A stretch of DNA of 64,000 nt from Tubulanus polymorphus (taxonomy: Eukaryota; Animalia; Nemertea): positions 14,850,485 to 14,914,484 of the forward strand of contig NC_134027.1 in the NCBI RefSeq assembly GCF_964204645.1, read 5' to 3'. Positions 1 to 9,436 of this stretch are shown piece by piece. A program made the position numbers and the translations under genes. The notes under the pieces are model-generated. The model was not told the DNA's origin. It did not search any database and was given only the letters and a program-made list of their open reading frames with translations. Each line of letters opens with the position of its first letter. Positions within the stretch are counted from its first letter, which is position 1.

Positions 1-484
1 TTTTTCATAGATTTTCTATCTTTATTGTAGAATAAAACTAAAAATCTAATGTTTTCTAAAAAAAATCTTTAACAATTGAATTATATTTTTGATTTAAAAC
101 CCATGTTGTTATCCCGAAATGTCTACCAGAAAAAGCTAAATAACATAACTCACTCTCTCTAATTTTTGAATCATGTAAATTTGCGCAATCATCTATGATA
201 AATAATGTATTTGATCCTTTATAAATATCAATTGCTATTTTTATACAATTATCTAAATTTTCTTTTACTGTTTTATGATCTAATATAATAAATTTATTAT
301 TTCTAGTAATATTTCTGTCATAAGTTTGATTTAATTCATATGTTGGACAAAATAATACTATATTATCAAAATAGTTTTTATAAACAGTTTCTAATAAATT
401 TAATATAAAATAAGTTTTTCCACAATTTGTTACGCCAGAAATTAACATATTATGAGGCTCAAATATAAATAATTCCTTATTCAT
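1..484 (-). pseudogene. Genome-packaging ATPase (A32/FtsK-HerA family); frameshifted near nt 60 and running off the window
   Basis: Walker A GVTNCGKT, Walker B LFIIDD, and the downstream SGRHFGITTWVLNQ motif typical of Polinton ATPases. Confidence 0.88.
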
Positions 485-1612
485 TTATATATTTTTAATT
501 TTACTTGATAATATCCATTCATTGAATTTATCTGGCCATCCAACCCATTTTACTAAAGAATATTTTTTTCTTTTAACAGTTTTTGTTTTTAATACTTTTT
601 CAATTTTATATTCTTGTTCTAGATTTTCAGTAGTTAAACTTAATTCTTCTTCGTAAAAGTAGCCATCAACTTCTTCACCATCTAAATCTTCTAATTTATA
701 GACATATGGTTTTGTTGTTATTACCTTTTTTATTTTATATATTTCCCTAGTAAAATTTCGATCGTATCCTTTGTCAAATATCTTTTTATACTTAGAAATT
801 CTAACATTTTGACCAACTTTAAATTTAGGTTCACCAAAATCATCTACAAGAAATGCTCCATATAAATTATTCCAAACAATTTCAGCATTTTCAGGTTTTC
901 TAGCATCAATAGGTTTCATTCCAATAGAAGAATGATAAGAATTATTATATCCTTCTATCAATTTTGGTAAAACATCAATCCATTTAAAAGTATTATTTGC
1001 TGTAAAATATTTCCACATTCTTGTTCTTATTGTTCTATTAAATCGTTCAACAACTGCTGCTTTTTTATCCGATTTTGTTGAAAAATATTTAATATTATGA
1101 ATGTCTAAGAGTTCATGAACAAGTGAATTATCAAATTCTTTTCCATCATCCAATTGTATTTTTTCTGGTTTTATTTTATCATCCGAAAGAAATTTTCTTT
1201 AAACATTTGATGTTTGTGCAGCATCTTTTCTGTAAAGTGGGAAACTCCATACATAACGACTAAAAATATCAATTATATTCAATATCCACCAATAATCATC
1301 ATTATCTTTCTTAACATTATTCATATCAATTAAATCTCTTTGCCACTGTTGATCTACATAACTTACCATAGTTTTACGAGTTTTATATTTTCTAACATTT
1401 TTTTTATGTGTTGTATATGTTGGTTGTTCTAACATAAATTCATTTATATCTTTATATTTAACTAAATTTTGTGGGATTATCTTATCTAATTTATCTTGTT
1501 TTACTTGACGCCATATATTTTTGGTAGAAGAATAAGCAACCGAACTCTCAGGGTTGTAATATTAATTTCTTAAATATTGTTCTTTAGTATTAGGAGTTTT
1601 TTTACCGCCCAT
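485..1612 (-). pseudogene. Retroviral-like (c-)integrase with C-terminal chromodomain
   Basis: YYNPESSVAY N-terminus; WQRDLIDM / IDIFSRY / DDGKEF / KAAVVERFNRT DDE core; YKIEKVL...VKWVGWPDKFNEWI chromodomain. In-frame stops near 1563 and 1200. Confidence 0.92.
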
Positions 1613-1642
1613 TTATATATCGTTAGTTTTAACTTTATATTT

Positions 1643-2889
1643 CTAATATTGAATACTATCTAATTATGAATTTACAATATTTAATTGTGCGTCAGATATA
1701 ATATAAATGTGCATTTTGAAATTCAAGCTTCCTTTTTTCTTTTTCATGAATAATTGTATTCCATCTTTAGTGTTCTGTAGCTTTTTCCCAGAACCATGTA
1801 ATGAATTATCCTCTGTAGTTCTAAAATCTAACCATAATGCATATTTATTACCAGTATAATAATCAATTTGATTAATATTACAATTTTCAGATGATTTTAC
1901 TTTTTCATTCATAAAATGTTTTCTAATTTCTGGCCATTGATCTATCATTCTCATTCCTTGACAAAATATTTTATTTGCTATTCCTTCAATAGTTATTTCT
2001 ACGTTTGTTATTTCAGGATTATAATAATTATCTACCTTTATTGCACCATTAGTATATGTTGCAATGGTAAAAAATATTAATATACCTTTAATAGATCTTC
2101 TTGGGAAGTTAATATTCTCATTAATTATTTCATCATTTGCATTAATAGTTACAGTTTTAAATTTATCAATATAATCCTATAATAATGAAAATCCTTGATT
2201 GTATTGAGTTTGAATTGTATTAGCAATATTTTCATTAGTTACTGTGTTATATTCTAAACATATATTCGATAATTTATAACCCATATCTTTAACAACGTTA
2301 GATAATACAATTTCAATTACAGGAGCAAATGTTATCTCAAATATAATATCTTCTTGAATTGCATATTCATATAAAGGTGCATTATTATTTATCAATTCAA
2401 AGTCTAATGGAATTTTATTTGCTTCCATAAATCTTTTTAATCAAATTATCTACGTCATTAGCTACTACTGCATTATTGGCTTCAGATCTTAATTTATTTG
2501 GTTTTCCGATTGAATGCCTTGAAATATCATATATATCATATATTTTCTTTAGTTAACCATAAATCTTTATAATGCATAAATAAATTATAATCATCTAATG
2601 AGAAAACTGTTTCTGGACCAATCTGTATTGTTAATTTTTTAATCAAATATCTTCCAACATTATCAACAACATAATTGTTATTATTACCGGTTAATTTTAT
2701 ATCGGCTGATAAATAAATACTATTTGGAACATAAAAAGTATTTTGTGTTAACCGAGGAATTCTAACATATAAAGTTTCATCAGGATTAATATTAGAAGGA
2801 TTATGAGTAATTATATGATGAGACCTTTCTGCTTTAATAGCATTAGATATTCTATGATTCTTAGAAGGATTGATATAACTCCCACTCAT
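1643..2889 (-). pseudogene. Major capsid protein (double jelly-roll), broken into three or more ORF pieces
   Basis: Pieces 2536-2889, 2177-2428 and 1664-1954 join into ~410 aa with ITHNPSNI, LSNICLEY, YALWLDFRTTEDNSLHGSG and DAQLNI motifs, as I recall from animal Polinton MCPs. Confidence 0.75.
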
Positions 2890-2929
2890 CTATTTAACAA
2901 AAAAATTAATTATTTATTTTTTATCATAT

Positions 2930-4378
2930 TTACTTGATATTTTTTGATATCATATTCACTAACCCAAAAATAATTGCACTAACAATTGTAATTAAAAATA
3001 AAATAATATGTTCAGCAGCAAAGTTAAGAATATTACCTGGAGATTTCAATATAAAACCAACAATTGATGCAATAATTCCTGGTAAAGCTGCAGCAGATTT
3101 TTTAGATAGTTCCCATAAATATTTTGCTAATTTCTTTAAACCATCTTTAACTTTATCTTGTATAGAATTATTATCATTCGGGGGTTTATCCGGTTTATTG
3201 GGAGTAGGAGTAGATTTCAAAGAATTTGATATTGCTAAACCAATTGTTGTAAATAACATAGTTACAGCTGTTAGAATTGAAAGAATTGTTATTCCTTCTA
3301 ATTTAAATAATAACTTTATTCTATCTTTTAATGATATTTCAGAATTTGGTTTTATCAACAAATCTTTAAAAATAACTTTTAATCTATTAATATTATAATC
3401 ATATGATTTTAATAATAATTTAATTTCTTCTTTCTGCACTTCTAAATTATCTTTTAAATTATTAATTTCTTTTTCTTATCGTAATTCTTTTTGCCTATAT
3501 TCTATTTCATCAATTACTTGATGATCTAAATCAGACTTTAATTGTTCTATTTCTTTATTTTTATTTTTATCAGTTAATTCTTTTTCTAAAAATCTAATTT
3601 TAAAATCTCTTATACTTTTATTATGTGCAATTTTATCAGCTTCATTTCTTATACTAATAATTTCTCTAATTGCTTCATCAGAAAATGTATTTAAATCTTC
3701 TAATTGTTGATCTGTTGCATCAATTAATCCATTCGGTAAAAGTTTTTCAATTGGAACTTTATTTGATTTAAGTTTACTAGTTTTGGAAGTTATATTCTGT
3801 TCAGAAGTTGTTTCTGTTTCTGATTTCTTTTTTATTATTTCAAATAATTCATTAATTCTTTGTTTAAATACGTCTATATCATTACCAGTTAATTCTTGTT
3901 TTATAACATCAGTTATTACATTACTATTACTAATTCTTTTAATTCTATCTGGATCTAAATCACTCAAAGTTGATTTTGTTAATATTTTATTTTTATTATT
4001 TTTATAAGTGATATCAATATAATAATTACCTTTCAAATGATAAGACTATTTACCATTATCTAAAAATTTTAATTGATCTGCTAAAGGTCAAACGTCTTCA
4101 TCATTTATGTTAAGTTTAGAATTTTCAATTATACGTTCTAATTTAGGTATTTTGTTTAAATTATCTAAATCATGTTTTACTAAATCTGGGTCTAAATTTT
4201 CAGGATTTAATTTTGATTCTGCATTTTTAATATAATCAGGCATATTTAAATTATTATTATATTCTGGCTCATTACCGTCATTAAAACTTGTTTCACTAAA
4301 ATCAGGTTGTTGTTCATCAGTTATGCCAGGTTCATCAAAATTATCCATTCCAGTATCTTCTCCATCTTCTACATCCAT
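2930..4378 (-). pseudogene. Conserved Polinton protein: acidic N-terminus, coiled coil, hydrophobic/amphipathic C-terminal helices
   Basis: Pieces 4088-4378, 3476-4036 and 2930-3439. C-terminal LKDRIKLLFKLEGITILSILTAV...AAAALPGIIASIVGFIL. Confidence 0.6.
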
Positions 4379-4399
4379 TTATATAATAAAAAAATTAAA

Positions 4400-5782
4400 A
4401 TTTAAAATATAATATTCCTCCTATAACAATTCCTATACAAGTTAAAGCTAATTAAGCATTTTCATGGGATTTATTATCATCATTTAGTTTAATTATTTCA
4501 TGTTGAATATTATCAGTTTTAATATTTTCTGTAGTATTGTAATCTTTTATTTTAGAATCATTATCCAATTTAATATTTTTAGTTTTAGTTTTAGTTGATT
4601 GAATATGTTTTTTATTTTTTTCACCTTCCATTAATTTTGGAGCAGTAATAATCTTTTTATTTATATCATTTAATCCAAATGAATTATTTATTGTTGCAGT
4701 TTTAATAAGATTATTATAACCAATTATATTTCCCATCTTTAATACTAAATCATTAGAAATAATAAATAGATTAGGGCCTATACAATAATTTAATCTAATA
4801 TGTGATTTATCTAAATAATTTTGATATCTTACAATGTTTTCTGGAATCGATCTATTTTTATCATTATGAATTGAATCTTCAAATAATACTTTGAATTGTT
4901 TCTGCGCAACAAATGATGTATTTACATTTCCAATTATTGGGGATCTTGTTTCAACTTGTGAACCTAGAATACATATCAAATAAGTTCTAATTGATTGATT
5001 TATTCTTTGTATACCTGATTTTGTAAAACCTTAACTATTTTCTAAAATAAAATAAACCCAACCATTATTGTTTTCTTGTTTTAAATGATCATAAAATTTC
5101 GGTAATCTATTGAAATTTAATGTTTCTAAATCCTTTGTTTCTATTTTACCATAACCTAATTTATTATTATAGATATTATAAAAGCTATTAGATGGTATGG
5201 GAAGTGTACAATATGCTGCAACATTTTCAGGGCAGAAAGTGATCTTATTGTTCCAAGTTTTGTTCTAAAATCAGAATTATTAATATCTATATTAAATTCA
5301 TTGCAAATTTTATGAAACTTTGATAAACTAATATTATTATCTAATTCTTTAAAATATCTAGATCCTGGTAAAGCACACTCTAATTCATTTAATATTATTC
5401 TGATTTGAAAGTATGTATGAAATCTAAATAAACTTTGAATTAATTTATATTTAGAATTATTCAAATGATCATTCCAACTAATTCCACAACCTGTTGTTGC
5501 ACAATAAACAGCAAAATTTAATTGGTTCTGCCAATACTTCATATTAGATTTTAATAAGCATTGTTTTTCATCTTTCAATTTTTTAAAATTAATTAAATAT
5601 ACATGAAATATATTTTCCATCTTTGCATTAAAATTATTAGTTTCAGTAACATAAATTTCTAAATTAGTTAATGAATCTAAAACTTCATTTCTATATGTAA
5701 TATCTTTATTAAATTCTATTGCAGGAATATTATATTTAATTGATTTATTACATTGGAAAGCTTTTAGAAAACTATCTACCAT
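4400..5782 (-). pseudogene. Conserved uncharacterised Polinton protein
   Basis: Pieces 5156-5782 and 4452-4979; motifs WQNQLNFAVYCATTGCGIS, FRFHTYFQIRIIL, ILGSQVETRSPIIG. Confidence 0.6.
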
Positions 5783-5798
5783 TTATTTAATTAAAAAA

Positions 5799-6224
5799 TT
5801 AATAATTTATTAATTCTTTTAATAATTTATCTTGTTCTTCAACTGTAATATTACCATTTAAACTTATTATATAATCGAGTGTATTCTTTAATTTATTAAT
5901 TTCTTTTATATTAGTTTTAATCTTTTCTTTATTACTTTTTATATTTAATTTTGAACTTATGCCAGTTAAAACACTTGAACTTAATCCTAACACGCCAATT
6001 GATATAGCTAAAGGTGTTAATGGTGAAAATATTGCTAAAAATGTTATTACAGAACTAATTGTAACTGAACCACTTATAATCAAATAATATATAATTTTAC
6101 TTTTTAAATATTTTTTCTTTTTTATCTTTAAGTCACTTTCAAATTCTAATATTTGTTTTTCTAAATATATTTTTAATTTGGTTTTATTTATATCATGAGG
6201 AATAATATCAATATTATCATCCAT
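5799..6224 (-). CDS. Small viral protein with two predicted transmembrane segments
   Basis: Intact 141-aa ORF with a central hydrophobic hairpin; preceded by the shared T-tract-TAAATG motif. Confidence 0.65.
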   Translation of the reverse strand: MDDNIDIIPHDINKTKLKIYLEKQILEFESDLKIKKKKYLKSKIIYYLIISGSVTISSVITFLAIFSPLTPLAISIGVLGLSSSVLTGISSKLNIKSNKEKIKTNIKEINKLKNTLDYIISLNGNITVEEQDKLLKELINY

Positions 6225-6245
6225 TTATTTAGCAAAAAAAAATTA

Positions 6246-6668
6246 CTAATTAGTAAATCTATATGCTACAAATATAACAATAACAGTTCCTCCTAAAATC
6301 CATATTATTTCATATTTCTGTTGTTCTTTACTAGGGATATAATAATCTGATATTGTAGGTTTATGTAGATGTAATTTTTCTTTATTGGTTACCGCGTTAT
6401 ATAAACACATTGCATCATCAACTGATTGAAAATCTCTATGTGAAATCTTCTGATCATATAATTCCTTGTTAATATAATCCATATAGTTTTGTCGTTTTTC
6501 TCTATATTCTTCTGCTGCTTTATTATATTTCTCTAATGCTAAGTTATGTCTTTTTTGTTCTGTTAATGATCCATTTTTATCAATATGCTTAAATTAATAA
6601 CCACCACCAGTTAATGCTAAAGCGTTAACAATTGCCGATCCTATAAAAGTTATAATTGCAGAAGCCAT
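6246..6668 (-). pseudogene. Small viral membrane-associated protein (one in-frame stop)
   Basis: ATG at 6668 gives MASAIITFIGSAIVNALALTGGGY*FKH..., in frame with ORF 6246-6482; C-terminal hydrophobic segment. Confidence 0.6.
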
Positions 6669-6692
6669 TTATTTAGCAAAAAAATTATGCAT

Positions 6693-6914
6693 TTATATGG
6701 GAGGAATATATTTTTGTTTTTCCAAATAATCAATAGTTAAATTAGATAAAGTAACTGCTAATGTTAATTTTAAAATATCATTTATATCAAATCTATCAAC
6801 ATTAACACTTCCCATTTTGAATACTTTTTTTAATACCATTGAATAACCAACAGTTCCAACTGATAGTAATGCTCCATTATATAATCCAGTTATTATCCAC
6901 TTATTATCACTCAT
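6693..6914 (-). CDS. Small hydrophobic viral protein (73 aa)
   Basis: Intact ORF preceded by the shared start motif. Confidence 0.6.
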   Translation of the reverse strand: MSDNKWIITGLYNGALLSVGTVGYSMVLKKVFKMGSVNVDRFDINDILKLTLAVTLSNLTIDYLEKQKYIPPI

Positions 6915-7210
6915 TTATTTATCAAAAAATTACTATCATCAAAATATTTAGTAAACTTATTTATGATTAAATCAACATTTATTTCATTACTAGTTTCGTT
7001 TGTATTTATTTCAATTATTATTTTTTTAATATCATCGATGATAAAATCTTCATCTAATTCATAAAATCTTAAAGATTCTCTAATTAAATTAGTAATCTTT
7101 TCTACATTTAAAGTTTCTTTATCTATTGTTGTTTCATACTCAAATGTTGTTTCATTAGAAAATGCAATATTTTTAATATGTATAATTACATCAGAAATGT
7201 TAAATTTCAT
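6911..7210 (-). CDS. Small acidic viral protein; may originally have started at 7270
   Basis: 99-aa ORF. An in-frame upstream ATG at 7270 carries the full start motif and is separated by a single TAA. Confidence 0.45.
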   Translation of the reverse strand: MKFNISDVIIHIKNIAFSNETTFEYETTIDKETLNVEKITNLIRESLRFYELDEDFIIDDIKKIIIEINTNETSNEINVDLIINKFTKYFDDSNFLINK

Positions 7211-7286
7211 TTATTTCTCACGTTTAATATCAAACCCAAAACATATACTCGGCCCAACAGTTATATTCATTTATATAATGAAAAAA

Positions 7287-8039
7287 TTACTCTTTACATT
7301 TTATAACTAATTCATAAATTACGGGAAAGTTATTTAAATCAATTAAGTATCCATTATGATTTCTTATATCTAATTTGAAATTATTGAAATGTGAAATGCA
7401 AGGTTTAAAATCACATTCAGTTAAATGATAATTTATTTGCGTTCCAAATTGTTTAACATTTTTTAATGGTAGAATATTTAATAAACCAGAATTACAAGTT
7501 ATATCTTTAGTTGCTTCAAATGTTTTTGTAGGATCAATTAAATTGCAATAAATATAGAAATGTGTGTAAGGCATTATATTTGGTGTGGTATCAACATTTG
7601 AATAAAGTTTATCTGGTGTAATTCCTAACAGTTTAGCTACAGGTTTTTTAACTGAAAATTGATATTTTTCATTATGATCTAACCTTATCTTCATTTTATT
7701 AGAATTATCACTTTTCAAAAATCTAATGTTAAATCCAGCATCACTACCTAATTTGATCCGAGCTCTTTTATTAATTTCTTGCGTTAATGATTCTAAATTA
7801 TATAATCCTGGTTTTAAAAATAGATAATTCCGTTAATTCTTACTCCTGATTGAAAAAAATAAATGTTCAAGACTTTTATCCGATACATTATAAAAAGAGT
7901 TACATAAACTTATATTAACTAATTTTAAATCAACACAATTCTTAAATTCTCTATCTAATTGTATTAGTAAATTATGAGATTTATAATTTTTAAGTTTTCT
8001 AGAATCAACAAATATTCTGTATTCTTTTAATTCTACCAT
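7287..8039 (-). pseudogene. Minor capsid (penton, single jelly-roll) protein
   Basis: Pieces 7833-8039 and 7287-7718, ~250 aa; NSFYNV, GLYN, FYIYCNLI, LLNILP and DIRNHNGYLIDLNNFPVIYELVI pattern typical of Polinton pentons. Confidence 0.7.
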
Positions 8040-8107
8040 TATTTATAACATAAAAAAATTACCGCTCATCACTAAAAATTAATTTTAATAAAATTTTTCC
8101 TTAATAA

Positions 8108-9436
8108 ATGGATGAGAAGATAGGATGTGAAATTTGTGGTGAACTTCTAAGAAAAAGTAATATGGCTCGACATATGAAAAAACATGATGAAAATTATAAA
8201 CCCTCTAAACTAAACTGTCCAAAACGTAATAAATTATTCTCAAGAAATTATGTTAAAAAACATTCAGAGAAGTGTAAAATTAATGGCGCAACGGCTATTG
8301 TTGATAGTAACGAAAGTAATAGTAATTCTGTCGAAGTTGAACCTGAAATTATTTGGAAAAGACCTTTCTTATTCTATGATAAGGATAATATAAAAGATCA
8401 TTTCTGTGAGCCTTGTCTAATGAAATTTAGTCCTGAAAATATAGAAGATTGGGAGAATCATCAATTTCGTAAAGTACATATGGAAAAAATTTCTAATAAA
8501 TTTGAAACTGAATTCAATGAAAGAAAAAATAGTTTATTAGAAAAAATAAAATATGAGAAAACGTTACCAGATAATAAAGAAACAGTTGAAAAGTTAGAAA
8601 AACAATATAATGAATTAACAAGAAAAACATATTATTGTAAATATTGTAAATTGATTATTACAACAAGTAATTCAAATCTACATAATAGAACAATAAAACA
8701 TAAAGAAAACGTAAGAAAATACCAAGAGCTTAATGAAGATCTATTACCAATAAATTATAAACGAAAATGTCCACAATGTAGTTATGCGACCTTAAGACAA
8801 GAAGGTACTGTGTTATTTTGTGTTGATTGTGGATGGCAAAAGAATTTATGGGGTGAAGAAAAAACTAGAAATTTTCTCATAGATCCAAAATTAAATTATC
8901 TAGATGAAATTTTTAAAATATTTTCTATGGAAGATCATACACCAGAATATAAGCAATGGCTTGAAAAAATGAAAATAATAGAAAATAAAAATGGTGAAAT
9001 AACTAAAAAAGATATTATAAAAACAATTATTCCATCAACATTTAACACAAAACAAAAGAAAATGTATTTATATTTATTATTTAACGATTATTATGAAAAA
9101 CCTAAATTAACAGAAGAAGATATGGAAAATATAAAAAAAACATTCAAACAAATATTAATGTATCATTTGGAAAATAGAATAACAGATTCAATTAATTATG
9201 AATTCTTTTTAAATAAGATTGTAAATTATTTAAACATCGATATTATAATTCCATTTGACGAATTAACAAACAAAAAGAAACAAAGAGAGCGATATGAAAT
9301 GTGGCACAATATAACACGTTATTTAAATGAGAAAAATGAAATGGAAGAACCTAAACAAATTATACAAGAACAATTAAATGAAAAAGAAGAAACCAATAGT
9401 GATTTCGCGTATGATGATATTGATTTTCTGTTTTAA
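8108..9436 (+). CDS. Multi-zinc-finger protein with a putative poxvirus late transcription factor VLTF3-like C-terminal half
   Basis: Intact 442 aa. C2H2/U1-type fingers, then a CPQC-x13-CVDCG ribbon, then KPKLTEED..FKQI..SINYEFFLNKIVNYL..KKKQRERYEMWHNITRYL. Confidence 0.6.
   Translation: MDEKIGCEICGELLRKSNMARHMKKHDENYKPSKLNCPKRNKLFSRNYVKKHSEKCKINGATAIVDSNESNSNSVEVEPEIIWKRPFLFYDKDNIKDHFCEPCLMKFSPENIEDWENHQFRKVHMEKISNKFETEFNERKNSLLEKIKYEKTLPDNKETVEKLEKQYNELTRKTYYCKYCKLIITTSNSNLHNRTIKHKENVRKYQELNEDLLPINYKRKCPQCSYATLRQEGTVLFCVDCGWQKNLWGEEKTRNFLIDPKLNYLDEIFKIFSMEDHTPEYKQWLEKMKIIENKNGEITKKDIIKTIIPSTFNTKQKKMYLYLLFNDYYEKPKLTEEDMENIKKTFKQILMYHLENRITDSINYEFFLNKIVNYLNIDIIIPFDELTNKKKQRERYEMWHNITRYLNEKNEMEEPKQIIQEQLNEKEETNSDFAYDDIDFLF

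Noticed and set aside
2934-4007. Plus-strand ORFs 2934-3398 and 3783-4007 (also 10792-11055 and 11732-11917)
   Set aside because: Antisense shadows of real minus-strand viral genes, with no motifs.
8108-9436. Host domestication of the intact zinc-finger/VLTF3-like ORF
   Set aside because: At roughly one lesion per kb, a 1.3-kb ORF can survive by chance, and one finger cysteine already looks mutated (CPKRN).
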